DNA of 64,000 nt, from positions 32,001-96,000 of the forward strand of contig JAHPZJ010000030.1 of assembly GCA_019058245.1 (NCBI GenBank), read 5' to 3'. Made by a program: the position numbers and the translations under genes. Of this stretch, positions 16,925-27,380 are shown in pieces. Positions within the stretch are counted from its first letter, which is position 1. Each line of letters opens with the position of its first letter. Source of the DNA: Promethearchaeota archaeon (GTDB lineage Archaea; Asgardarchaeota; Lokiarchaeia; Sigyniarchaeales; SOKP01). The notes beneath the pieces were generated by a model, which saw nothing but the letters and a program-made list of their open reading frames with translations, ran no database searches and had not been told where the DNA came from.

Positions 16925-18178
16925 TTATCTATCCTTTAACTGTTTAATAGTCTTTTTTGTAATATTACTTAATTCCATTAATAAAAGTCCGTGATAATAA
17001 GAAATCGAATCAAAATAACTTTCACCTAAATCTGATTTACCAGCATAAACTAAAGCCATTTGAGCGTTTAATGCCGCTCTCATTAGAATTTCAACACCTT
17101 TATATATTAAATTTGGAGACCAAGTCCCATTGAGGGGATTAGACCACCATACAGGACAAGAATAAATACCACGGTCATAGAAATATCTAGCAGTATTATA
17201 ATAATTATCTACTTCCCAATCTAATGTTAGGTCTAAATTATCTGATAAACTCATTAGATTATTTAAACTTTTCATGAGTTTCCAATAATACTTATGTAAA
17301 CTATTATCTGGATGGTCCCATAGAGGATAAGGGATATTTTTTTTAAGATCCTCATAAGTTGTACTCCAACTTGACTCTCTTGGGATAATTTTTTTTTTAG
17401 CAATTGGAAAATATTGATCTAAATCTGAAATAAAAATTGTTTTGATTTTATCATCATTAGTAATTAGATCAAGGGTTTTGCCTAAAAAGCTCTTTTCATA
17501 TTTTTTAATATGATGCCCAAATGTTTCAATATCTAATGCAGAAATGATGTATGTATCATTTTCAATAATTTCTTTTTCATTCTTATACATCTTTAGTAAA
17601 TTTTTAACAAATTCTTTTGATGTCATACTATTGAAGGCAATTTTATTACTTAAAATATCATCTCTAAAGAATAATTGAAGTCCATTAGGAGATGTATAGA
17701 TCTTGTCATATACCCACTCTTCAGGACATGCAATACCACTTAAAATTACCCATTTATATCCTAATTGACGAATTTCTTTAGCTGCGCTTCCGGAGATTGC
17801 CAATTCTGGAGGAAAAAAGCCCTTTTTTTCCCAATGACCAAATTCTTTTCTATTTAATTCTTCATTCATCTGAATTTGATGATGTACTTCTTTTTGAGGA
17901 ATTAGTGGAAGAATTGGATGATATTTTGCAGTCCCCACTATTTCTATTTTTTTCTCAGAAACTAAATTCTGTATTAATTCCATTGTATCCGATAATCCGA
18001 ATTCATAGAATAACTCAATAAGAACTCCATTGATGTTAATAGTAAATTGGATACTATCGTATTTTTCCAGAAGAGAAAACACTGGTTTATAACATTCTTT
18101 ATCAATATCTTTTAAAATATTAAAATCTTGAGTCGGTGGTTGATAAGCATGTAATAAAGGAGCCCAATATGTAACCAT
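16925..18178 (-). CDS. Glycoside hydrolase family 57
   Basis: HAYQP, YHPILPL, FFPPELA, LDIETFGHH. Confidence 0.9.
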   Translation of the reverse strand: MVTYWAPLLHAYQPPTQDFNILKDIDKECYKPVFSLLEKYDSIQFTININGVLIELFYEFGLSDTMELIQNLVSEKKIEIVGTAKYHPILPLIPQKEVHHQIQMNEELNRKEFGHWEKKGFFPPELAISGSAAKEIRQLGYKWVILSGIACPEEWVYDKIYTSPNGLQLFFRDDILSNKIAFNSMTSKEFVKNLLKMYKNEKEIIENDTYIISALDIETFGHHIKKYEKSFLGKTLDLITNDDKIKTIFISDLDQYFPIAKKKIIPRESSWSTTYEDLKKNIPYPLWDHPDNSLHKYYWKLMKSLNNLMSLSDNLDLTLDWEVDNYYNTARYFYDRGIYSCPVWWSNPLNGTWSPNLIYKGVEILMRAALNAQMALVYAGKSDLGESYFDSISYYHGLLLMELSNITKKTIKQLKDR

Positions 18179-18303
18179 TTTAATTAATAACCCTAACTTT
18201 AAATTATATCTTTTAAAATTTCAATTATAGTTAAATTAAAATTAGATTTATTTTAATAAAATTTTTTTACAGAATTATTCAATTAAATTTATCGTGATAT
18301 AAA

Positions 18304-19422
18304 ATGGACGAAATAAAATTTGGTCATCAATTGTTTTTTCTTCACTCTTATGACTTTTTCCGAAAAAAGGTCTTGGCTGCAAGTAAAGAAAATTGGGATT
18401 CTCTATGGCTTCCTGACCATCTTGCTGGTATGGGGGGCAGTTTAATTAATGATTTTTTGAGCGTTTGGTGTTTATTTGGCTCAATGGCTGAATTGGTGGA
18501 AGGAAAAACTTTTGGGACGGCTGTTACGGATCCTCATAGAATGCATCCCGCAGTGTTAGCACAATTGTGCACTTCGGTTAATCATCTTACAGGTGGTAAG
18601 TTTATTTTAGGAATTGGAGCTGGAGAAGCAATGAACCTAAAAGCTTATGGCATACCCTCTGACCATGCTCTTTCAAAAATGAGAGAAACTATAAGTATGG
18701 TAAAGTTGTACTGGAATAAGGGCGGAATTGCATCATTTAAGGGACAACATTTCTATGCAAATAATGCTATATTAGTTCCAAAACCTATATCAAAAATTCC
18801 TATTTGGATAGGAGCCAATAGTCCAAAAACACTACAGTTAACTGGAGAAGTAGCTGATGGATGGATACCTGTTGGAATTGATCCCAAAACGTTCAAAAGC
18901 AAAAAAGAGGAAATTGTCAAGGTAATGAAAGAAAAAGGAAGAAACTTAAATGATTTTTCATTTGGTATTTTCCAATTCATATTTCTTAACGATGATGAAA
19001 AACAGATTAACATGAGAATACTTGGAAATAAGTACGGGTTGCTTTTAAATCCCCGTCGAATAAAAGAATTAGGATATTGGAAAGATGAGTTTGAAGAACT
19101 CTATTTAGAGGCTACTGGATATAAAAGCGAACAATTGAATATTCTAAAGATTGACGGAAATGATAGGAAAAAAATTAATCTAAAAAAATTAGAACCTATT
19201 ATCAGGGAAATTCCAGATGAATTAATAAGAGAAGGTTTGATGATTGGACCAAAAGATGAAATAATACATAAAATTCGTAAGTATGTGGATGTCGGTGCTA
19301 ATTACTTCATATTTTCGTCTACAAACAGCATTTCTAATAAAAATGCACCGTTCACGTACTGGGATGCTTCAAGAATAATAAGTGATGAAATAGTTCCTTT
19401 ATTTAAAAACGCTAACGTCTAG
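18304..19422 (+). CDS. LLM-class (probably F420-dependent) oxidoreductase
   Basis: LWLPDH, GTAVTDP, GKFILGIGAGE, PIWIGA, ADGW. Confidence 0.9.
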   Translation: MDEIKFGHQLFFLHSYDFFRKKVLAASKENWDSLWLPDHLAGMGGSLINDFLSVWCLFGSMAELVEGKTFGTAVTDPHRMHPAVLAQLCTSVNHLTGGKFILGIGAGEAMNLKAYGIPSDHALSKMRETISMVKLYWNKGGIASFKGQHFYANNAILVPKPISKIPIWIGANSPKTLQLTGEVADGWIPVGIDPKTFKSKKEEIVKVMKEKGRNLNDFSFGIFQFIFLNDDEKQINMRILGNKYGLLLNPRRIKELGYWKDEFEELYLEATGYKSEQLNILKIDGNDRKKINLKKLEPIIREIPDELIREGLMIGPKDEIIHKIRKYVDVGANYFIFSSTNSISNKNAPFTYWDASRIISDEIVPLFKNANV

Positions 19423-19446
19423 TTTTATCTATTTATTTTTAGTATG

Positions 19447-20562
19447 CTATTTTTCTATGATAGTTTCTTTTACTGCCGTTCCAAAATGTGTAGCTCCAGG
19501 TCCAATATGGGCTAACACCTCATCACCAACTTTAATATCAACTACAGATTTCGCTTTCCCATCAACATCAACTAATCGAATTGTTTCAGCATTTTGGCAA
19601 ATACAGCTTATGGTTATTTTCTTACTTTCTTTCATTGCTTCTAATTCAAATCGGAGCATCGGACGAGTTTCAATTTTTACCCTCCCAACTGAAATAATTC
19701 GAGCCTCTCCTTTAGTAGAAACTGCTAAGACTTTCTTTCCTCCCTTCAATTCGCTTAAATAGTTTGTTCTATATACTTTTTCTGGATCATCATTAGGTAC
19801 CAATACATATGATGACACATCCCCTGCATTGACTCGAAATGGTCTAGACGCCACAAATTCTGTTTCGAATGTTTCAGAATGAACCAAGCAGAACCCCACT
19901 GCCGTTGATCCGACGAGAAGACCTTCTCCTATATTAAAAAGAGATGCTGTATCAACGCACACTCTTTCTGCCTCAGAAATGTTTTCAATACTCACTACTT
20001 TAGCCTTAGTAAGTTCAATTTGAAAGGAATCATGAATCAAATTTTTAATTTCATTTATTTCATCTACGTTTTTGGGAGTTATAAGTATTCCATCAACTCC
20101 AATTTCTAAAGTTTTTAGTAGTAATTTAGCTTCCTCTAAGGAATCAACAGCGGCAATCAATTCTGTGTCGTTTGTTTGCATTTCTGCTATTAAATTTTCA
20201 AAAGGTATAATCTTCCAATCTTTAGCAGATACTATTATAAAATCTATAGTTCCTGACTTCGAAATTTCAATAATTTCTCTCTCATCTTCTTTTCTTTTTA
20301 ATTCAATAAAAAGTCCAGAATTCTGGGAAATAGACTTTTCTTTTTCAATTTTTTCTTCAAAACCCTTTTTTTTATCAAGAACCAAATATGTGGAAGGAAT
20401 ATTAAGATCTCTTGAATAGAGTTTTATCCTTTCAATTTTTTCAAAATCTCTAATAGTTTCTTGAGAAATTAAAAAGTCTAGAAAATTTTTATTAAAAGCT
20501 TCTTGAACTAATTTCTTGAAATTATTTGTTTTTTTTTCAAAACCTAATATTACTTTTTTCAT
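19447..20562 (-). CDS. aroB': 3-dehydroquinate synthase II (archaeal type)
   Basis: DWKIIPFENLIA, RVCVDT, RPFRVNAG, GRVKIETRP, QNAETIRL. Confidence 0.93.
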   Translation of the reverse strand: MKKVILGFEKKTNNFKKLVQEAFNKNFLDFLISQETIRDFEKIERIKLYSRDLNIPSTYLVLDKKKGFEEKIEKEKSISQNSGLFIELKRKEDEREIIEISKSGTIDFIIVSAKDWKIIPFENLIAEMQTNDTELIAAVDSLEEAKLLLKTLEIGVDGILITPKNVDEINEIKNLIHDSFQIELTKAKVVSIENISEAERVCVDTASLFNIGEGLLVGSTAVGFCLVHSETFETEFVASRPFRVNAGDVSSYVLVPNDDPEKVYRTNYLSELKGGKKVLAVSTKGEARIISVGRVKIETRPMLRFELEAMKESKKITISCICQNAETIRLVDVDGKAKSVVDIKVGDEVLAHIGPGATHFGTAVKETIIEK

Positions 20563-20713
20563 ATTGTATCAAATTTTGGTCTATGAAAACTTTTTTGATG
20601 TAAATTATTTTATAATATTATAACAAATAATATTAAATTTTTAAGTTAGAAAAATCATATAATTTATAAATCAGATAGAATAAATTTAAAACTCTAAAAG
20701 GAGTAATCTTGAA

Positions 20714-21364
20714 ATGGGTCTAAAAAAGAAACTTTTCCCTCGTAAAGGTAAAGAAAAGGATGATTTAGTAGCACAAGCGAAAGGCCATATTCACAAATTA
20801 AATATGATGAATAAAAATTACACTAAAAGAGCTGAAATAAGCCGTAAGAATGCGAAAATCGCATTAAAACGAGGTGAAAAAGATCGTGCTAAAAGTTATC
20901 TGGTTCAATATAAGGCATATCAAGCAAAAGTTGACCGATCCAATAATATAAGATTAAAGATAGAAAGACAAATTCAAGCGATAGAAGAAGGAATGCTTAT
21001 TTCTCAAACTGGAGATGTGATGGGCGGAATTAGGGATGAATTAGAATTTATTGCTACAAAAGCATCTCCTACTAAAGTGGCCGAAATCGCCGAGGATTCT
21101 GAAGCATATGTTTCTGAAATCGAGGAAGCCGCAGAAATTTTAGCGGGAGATCCAGAAATTGATCTTGCTATTGATGTTACAGATGAATTGAATCAGCTTG
21201 AAACAGAAATGTTGCTTGATCAAGGAGGAACGATGCCCGAAATTCCTTCTGATGATTTACAATATATTCCTGAGTTTGATGAACTTGAAGAGGAAGCAGA
21301 GGTAAAATCAAAAGATAAGTTAAAAGACGAAATTGAGAAATTGAGAAAAGAATTAGATGGATAA
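20714..21364 (+). CDS. ESCRT-III Snf7-family protein (Vps20/32/60-like)
   Basis: Basic N-half (AKIALKRGEKDRAKSYLVQYK...ERQIQAIEE), acidic C-half (DVTDELNQLE), terminal amphipathic helix EIEKLRKEL. Confidence 0.82.
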   Translation: MGLKKKLFPRKGKEKDDLVAQAKGHIHKLNMMNKNYTKRAEISRKNAKIALKRGEKDRAKSYLVQYKAYQAKVDRSNNIRLKIERQIQAIEEGMLISQTGDVMGGIRDELEFIATKASPTKVAEIAEDSEAYVSEIEEAAEILAGDPEIDLAIDVTDELNQLETEMLLDQGGTMPEIPSDDLQYIPEFDELEEEAEVKSKDKLKDEIEKLRKELDG

Positions 21365-21473
21365 TTCTTTCTTGTTCATCATTTTCTTTTTAAAAAAAAT
21401 TAATTTTAGATACTATTGTTTAATTCTATATTCTGTTTTTTAATGATATAAATAATGCTTATCTTTACTAGTA

Positions 21474-21974
21474 TTGAGAAAAGTGATGATAAAAAAAATA
21501 AAAAGTAAGAATCAGCTTTTAGAAAGTGTAGAAGTGATAAGAATTTCCTTTATTACAGTAGCACATGATTTTAATCTAAATAAAGAAAATGCTCCTACAA
21601 ATCCTGCTTTTATAACTTTTAATAAACTAAAAGAATTGAAAGATAAAGGTGTAAAACTATATGGATTTTTCAATGAAATTAATAGAAAGCAAATAGGTGT
21701 TGTTGCCATAGAAAAAGCAAATAATGCATTATATTATATGGAGAAATTATGTGTGCTACCTAAGTTTAGACATAATGGATATGGAAAAGAATTAATGGAT
21801 TTTGTTTTTGAATACGTTAGAAAAAACAATGGAAATAAAGTTTCAATCGGAATAATTAATGAAAATTTCATTTTAAAAAATTATTATATCAAGAATGGAT
21901 TTGTTGAAACCGGATTAAAGAAATTTAATCATTTGCCTTTTACAGTTTGCTTCATGGAAAAAAAAATAAGATAA
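21474..21974 (+). CDS. GNAT acetyltransferase
   Basis: LCVLPKFRHNGYGKELM, YYIKNGF. Confidence 0.9.
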   Translation: MRKVMIKKIKSKNQLLESVEVIRISFITVAHDFNLNKENAPTNPAFITFNKLKELKDKGVKLYGFFNEINRKQIGVVAIEKANNALYYMEKLCVLPKFRHNGYGKELMDFVFEYVRKNNGNKVSIGIINENFILKNYYIKNGFVETGLKKFNHLPFTVCFMEKKIR

Positions 21975-22093
21975 ACAATAAAAACTGAATTAATTAGTAT
22001 AAAAACTGTAGAGATCAGCATTATTAAAATAGAATTCTTTTCTTAAATATACAATACTATTTTAATTTATTCTATACTAATGCTAAAGGATAC

Positions 22094-23116
22094 TTAATGC
22101 CTCAATTCTTTTAATGCAAGAACCAAATTTTTCACTTTTTTTATTGCAATTTCATAACCATCTTTCTCTCCGAAGACCTTTAAGGGGTAGAAACCACAAT
22201 CAGGTTTTATAATTAAATTTTCTTTACCATATTGTTCAATCCCTTTCTTTATATATTCCTTAAGGTAATCAACGTCCTCCACATAATCATCGATTGTCTT
22301 CTCTTTAATAGATACAAATTTCGATTCAACAGTTCCCAAAGCTAAAAGTTTATCAGTTCCTTGAAAATGTTTTCTTTCAAAAACTTTAAAATTCTCTTCA
22401 TTTGTACTGAATTCATGGTCTAAGATCTTAACATTTGTTTTTAAAAGAAGATCTCGCAAATTTGGACTAATCCTTCCACATACGTGTATAGAAGAGAATC
22501 CCTTTATTCCCGATATCGCTTTATTAATAGTATCAATAATGAAATCTTCTGAGTGGAAGAGAATTTTCCTTCCTACTAATAATCCAAGAATTGGTTCATC
22601 GCAAGAAATTATATCTATTCCCATATCATTATAAGCTGAGCCTAATTGTTTCACAATTTCAGCATATTTATCAACTATCCAATCTACCATAACTGCTCTT
22701 GGTTCTTCAGAGATTAGAGGTTTTAAGCCTTTTGTTAGATCATTTTTCAATATTGTTTCAAATGATAAAGTGAAAGGTCCAGTTAAACAAGCTTTCGTGC
22801 CTTTAATTAATTCTCTAAGATTGGGATGATCTTTAAAATAATTAACCATAAATTCTCCGTATTCTAGAGCTATATTTTGCTTAGGTAATTTAAAATCTCC
22901 ATGTAAATAAAATTTTTTATCAATTTCTTCTAAATTTTTAACTATTTTAGACAAAGGGGATAAGAACTGATAATTCATATCTAAAAATTGAGGGTAGCAC
23001 GGATAATCAATACCAATCTGAATTAAATCAGTGAAAACCTTTTTCATATTGTTATCTGTATTCTCTAAAGGCCAACTTCCTACAACTGTCGTGAAAGGAG
23101 TATCCTCTTTATCCAT
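22094..23116 (-). CDS. Single-barrel cobalamin-independent methionine synthase (MetE C-terminal type)
   Basis: VGSWP, LTGPFTL, DEP, HVCG and PDCG zinc ligands. Confidence 0.85.
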   Translation of the reverse strand: MDKEDTPFTTVVGSWPLENTDNNMKKVFTDLIQIGIDYPCYPQFLDMNYQFLSPLSKIVKNLEEIDKKFYLHGDFKLPKQNIALEYGEFMVNYFKDHPNLRELIKGTKACLTGPFTLSFETILKNDLTKGLKPLISEEPRAVMVDWIVDKYAEIVKQLGSAYNDMGIDIISCDEPILGLLVGRKILFHSEDFIIDTINKAISGIKGFSSIHVCGRISPNLRDLLLKTNVKILDHEFSTNEENFKVFERKHFQGTDKLLALGTVESKFVSIKEKTIDDYVEDVDYLKEYIKKGIEQYGKENLIIKPDCGFYPLKVFGEKDGYEIAIKKVKNLVLALKELRH

Positions 23117-23196
23117 AGGATATAAAGAAGGAAAAGAAATATAAATATAAGATATTTAAAATATGCACGTCATTCATAAAAAAAAGGAAGTATATT

Positions 23197-25179
23197 CTAT
23201 GAATAATATCGTTTTTTATCAAAATTTCTGCTGTTTCTTTTAATTTCTTCGATTTCCTCGAGATTAATTTGAAGGGATTGTATTTTCTTTTCAATTAGAT
23301 AAATTTCTTTTTGAAGATTCTTAAAAGTTCTAAAGTAATCCACTTCAGAAATAATTCCTTGATCAAATTTAGCATCTAACTTTTTCAGAGTTTCCTTTAA
23401 ACTATATCTTTCCTTATCTAATTCTAACATTTTTTTATGCTTTTCTTTATCAATTTTAAATAATTTATGTTTGTATCGATATGAATTATCTGGCTGAGCA
23501 TTTTCCTGATCAAACATATCAGATAAATGATTTCTATTATAATCCTGAAAGATAAAGTCATCTTTTAAGAAATGATCATTTTGATTATATGGATGATTAT
23601 CAATACTTCTTCGTTGATTTTGAATTGGTCGATTTGGATGGGTGTAAAATTTATTTTCAGGAGTCAATGCCTGAGGATTATGATTTTGAAAGTAATTCGG
23701 ATTATACATATTCTGTGAAAAGAAGTTATTTCTTGTATAGTGTTGCCTTTCTGGATTACTAGAGAATTGAGGTGATTGAAAGTTATTTGGTTGGTAATAT
23801 GGTGAATTACTTTTTTCTTGATAGTAATTGATATTATTAGGAGAATTTAACCAAGGTTGAACGTTATTTTGAGAATGAATATATCGATTTGATGAACGAG
23901 AAGCATTATTAGGCATTAGATTGGGATGTATACCAAATGGAGGTACTGTTTCTTTATTATAGCTATAAGAATTCTCATAATTTTTATTATACTGACATTT
24001 AATACTGAAAAATGAATTAATACTTTCCTCAATGAAATTTGTTAACTCATTTAAATCTAAATCAATTTGTTGAAGTCTTTTGGCATTTTTTTCATCATAG
24101 ATTGTTGTTTCATCAAAAGATCTTGCTAAAAGAATATATTCTATTACTCTAGAAATAGTTTTAGGTGGTAGTGTAAACTCATATTTTCCATAAGAGAATT
24201 CAATGTATAATTTCTTGAAGACTTTACCTTTTTCCTTTAATTTTGTTAAATCTCGGACTGGGGCTTTAAATATTAATTCTTTCTTCTTTTTAACTACCCC
24301 ATATTCATGAACAAAAGACATGTCAAAATTAGTGATAAATAAGATACCTTTATCTTTCTTACATTTTTCGTGGGTATTTAAACCATTAGTTAATTTGGCA
24401 AAAATTGCATAAACAGGTTTTTCTCCGTCAGCAAGTCTTAAAAGTTTCTGGTATTCGCTAAAATAAGATTTTACTTTGCTAATAAAATGTAAATTTTTTT
24501 CAAAAGATTCAAAACTAACATTAAATGTACTTAAGTTTTTTTTTATAAATTCATCAATAGTATTATAACTCCTTGATAAATTTTCATATATACCTTCTAT
24601 AATGGTTATATTAGAATTTGGTTGAGGGTAAATATCAAAAAAATATTCCTTATTTTGATTTAATTGGTAAAAGTGAACATTAATTTTTTCAAATAAGGTA
24701 TTCCTTATATAAAGAAATAACTTAAAGAGAGCCAATAAGTCTGATTCCATTTTAGGAAAATGATAATACTTATTTGGAGGATCCCTTAATTCCTTGATTT
24801 TTGATTGAAATTGATATAATTTTTCAATTACTTCTTTTAAAGGTTGAATGAATAAACGTGAATTTTTGATTAATTCTAAAAATCTCTTTTCTAATTCTTC
24901 TTTTTTCTCATAAATATTAATTATCTGATGTGAATCACACTTTGGGCAGGATTTTAAGAGTTGGTTAGCTTTAATAATATTTTCATTACCACAATCCCTG
25001 CAAATTTTCTTATTTTCGGACTCAAAAATTTGTATATTTTTAGATTTACAATCTTGACAAATAAAGAATTCTACTTTTTTTTCATGGAGACATTCAGAAC
25101 AACAACTAGAGCCACATTCTTCACAATAATAAGCTAATTTTACATATCTGTGACAAAATCTACACACTTGTTCTGACAT
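23197..25179 (-). CDS. Multi-zinc-finger / coiled-coil / PH-like / QN-rich protein with C-terminal steadiness-box-like motif
   Basis: Six CxxC pairs in the first ~82 aa; GILFITN...LYIEF PH-like segment; N/Q/Y/P-rich region; SLKETLKKLDAKFDQGIISEVDYFRTFKNLQKEIY. Confidence 0.65.
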   Translation of the reverse strand: MSEQVCRFCHRYVKLAYYCEECGSSCCSECLHEKKVEFFICQDCKSKNIQIFESENKKICRDCGNENIIKANQLLKSCPKCDSHQIINIYEKKEELEKRFLELIKNSRLFIQPLKEVIEKLYQFQSKIKELRDPPNKYYHFPKMESDLLALFKLFLYIRNTLFEKINVHFYQLNQNKEYFFDIYPQPNSNITIIEGIYENLSRSYNTIDEFIKKNLSTFNVSFESFEKNLHFISKVKSYFSEYQKLLRLADGEKPVYAIFAKLTNGLNTHEKCKKDKGILFITNFDMSFVHEYGVVKKKKELIFKAPVRDLTKLKEKGKVFKKLYIEFSYGKYEFTLPPKTISRVIEYILLARSFDETTIYDEKNAKRLQQIDLDLNELTNFIEESINSFFSIKCQYNKNYENSYSYNKETVPPFGIHPNLMPNNASRSSNRYIHSQNNVQPWLNSPNNINYYQEKSNSPYYQPNNFQSPQFSSNPERQHYTRNNFFSQNMYNPNYFQNHNPQALTPENKFYTHPNRPIQNQRRSIDNHPYNQNDHFLKDDFIFQDYNRNHLSDMFDQENAQPDNSYRYKHKLFKIDKEKHKKMLELDKERYSLKETLKKLDAKFDQGIISEVDYFRTFKNLQKEIYLIEKKIQSLQINLEEIEEIKRNSRNFDKKRYYS

Positions 25180-25340
25180 TTTTAATACTTAAACCCAACC
25201 AAATGAGGTAAAAATTACCTATTAAATCGCTATATCAGAAGAATAAGAAATTCCAAAACATAAAAAAAGCTATATTATTCTCGTATCATGTAATATTTAG
25301 ATATAGCTAGGGAAAAATAACGATCAAAAAATAATAATTA

Positions 25341-25634
25341 TCATTTAATTATTTTTACTTTTTTTCCTAAGGCTTGACCTGGTACACCAGCTTTTTTGAA
25401 ATGGGCTCTTACTGCTCCATTATTCCCATGAGCTCGAGTTATAACTCCCTTTAGTTCTTTACCAGTAGGAGTATCCCAAACAACAGTTCTCCCAATAAGC
25501 TTATTCGCATCTTTTCTTGTTTTTATAGTAGGAAATACTATTATACAGTGTTTTTGGTGTATTGTATGGCGCCCTCCTTTATAATTTGAAATTACTCCTT
25601 CCATTCCAAGCATGTTTAATTTGTTTAATGACAT
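25341..25634 (-). CDS. rpl35ae: 50S ribosomal protein L35Ae
   Basis: GVITRAHGNNGAVRAHF...PGQALG. Confidence 0.95.
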   Translation of the reverse strand: MSLNKLNMLGMEGVISNYKGGRHTIHQKHCIIVFPTIKTRKDANKLIGRTVVWDTPTGKELKGVITRAHGNNGAVRAHFKKAGVPGQALGKKVKIIK

Positions 25635-25898
25635 TAGGTAAAACCTTTTTAACTATTACATCAATCTATTATCTGATAAATATTTTAAAACTATTAAGTT
25701 TTTTCAAATAAAATCTTCATAATAAAAATATAATTATATTCAAAGAATATTTTGGATAAGAAATGTATACGTATAAAATTAGAGATGATTTGTGTGAGCC
25801 ACATGCTAATTTTAGTTTCATTTATTTATAATTTAAAAAATAAGAGAAGTTGGATTTTTTAGGAGAAATTAATTATAAGTGAATATAAAAATTTTTCA

Positions 25899-27062
25899 TT
25901 AAAGTATTTCATAGGATTTATTCCATGCCTCTAAATTAATAAATTTTAATTTATTTTGGAATTTTTCTTCAGTAATTTTATCTTCTAGTTTGATTAGATC
26001 GTTAATTTTAGAAATAATATTTTGTTCGATATTCCTTAGCTCATGTCTCTTGTTTATTGGCTTTGAGTTTGTATGTTTATACCAGAACCAATCAGAATTG
26101 ACCATTTGATAAGGCCCTGGATTATAAAATTTTTGTCCTTCAATAGGAAAAGAGTAAGGCTTATACAGACTAATACATGGAAGAGTTGTTCCTGTAAACC
26201 AATGAATTGAATTTTTTCCATTCCTTAGATGTGAAATTTGAGATCCCGTGGATTCAAATCCCCCATGCATACAAATTCCTGCTTGGTGGTCCCTTAAAAA
26301 CTCCATCATTAAATTTGGTGTAATTTCACCTTTATTTTCTTGTAATAAAAGAGCCGATTTTCCTCCTCTCGAATATGGTGAAGGCGTTGTTGAAACTGGA
26401 GACCCTGAAAATGTAACTGCAAAATCAAAATCATAATCATCTTTACAGTAACCTTTTTCAATTGCATATTGTATTATCCCATTCTTTCGAAGATCACCTT
26501 TCCCTCTAATGCTTATACTGTTTGATATGGATCTGACATCCTTAACTCTTTCCACAATCCACCATTCATCAGCAGTTTCTAATATATAAGCTTCTTTTGG
26601 GTCTGCAATTATGAATGAGTTATGGTACAACCAATTGGGATCATTATAAGAACAACCTCCTCCTTGTCCAAACTTCTCTAATAAATCAATGATTATATTC
26701 ATTGCCTCTTTCGCTGTTTTTCCTCTTTCAAGACCTAACCTTAATAAATCCATACCTAATAATCCAATATTCCTTAGAGGTTCATGTGTATATACTGCTT
26801 CATTACCAATTACAACATTACACTCATTTGTACCCATTTCAGCACCCCACATCCAGTAAGGTTGGCTTGTTAAAATTGCAAAGGTTTCGGAGACTTGAGG
26901 AATTTCTAAATATGTACATTTTAGGGTATCTTCTTTTTTAAAATTCATTCTTGGAGAGAAAGTTACTAGTTGTACTTCATCAAAAGGGCGATCTGAATTT
27001 TTACCAAAAATTACACTTCCATCTTCAGTTGAGTTTCCAAGAGCAACGAATGTATCACACAT
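25899..27062 (-). CDS. Peptidase C69 (secernin/dipeptidase family)
   Basis: N-terminal MCDT nucleophile, FGKNSDR, WMWGAEMG, GMDLLRLGLER. Confidence 0.92.
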   Translation of the reverse strand: MCDTFVALGNSTEDGSVIFGKNSDRPFDEVQLVTFSPRMNFKKEDTLKCTYLEIPQVSETFAILTSQPYWMWGAEMGTNECNVVIGNEAVYTHEPLRNIGLLGMDLLRLGLERGKTAKEAMNIIIDLLEKFGQGGGCSYNDPNWLYHNSFIIADPKEAYILETADEWWIVERVKDVRSISNSISIRGKGDLRKNGIIQYAIEKGYCKDDYDFDFAVTFSGSPVSTTPSPYSRGGKSALLLQENKGEITPNLMMEFLRDHQAGICMHGGFESTGSQISHLRNGKNSIHWFTGTTLPCISLYKPYSFPIEGQKFYNPGPYQMVNSDWFWYKHTNSKPINKRHELRNIEQNIISKINDLIKLEDKITEEKFQNKLKFINLEAWNKSYEIL

Positions 27063-27380
27063 ACTTCCATTTGAGGTTTTTTTTGTAAATTTTGAGTTTT
27101 ATTTTGCATAAAAATATTCTAATTTATTAATTAATAACGCTTTTAAAGTAGATTATGATATAATCTAAGATGTATAGTACACTGGAAATTAAGCCATCAA
27201 TATCTATTCTAAATTCATTAAAAAATTTATTTTTTTGTCGTATTTGGACCTAAAAAATCCAATTTTAAGTAAGTTTTATTAGAATTCAATATTTTATGAA
27301 TTAGAATTAATTATTTTTATAGAATTTCTTATAATATGGATTTAAAATAATTTATTTCATGATAAATAGTTTATAAAAAA

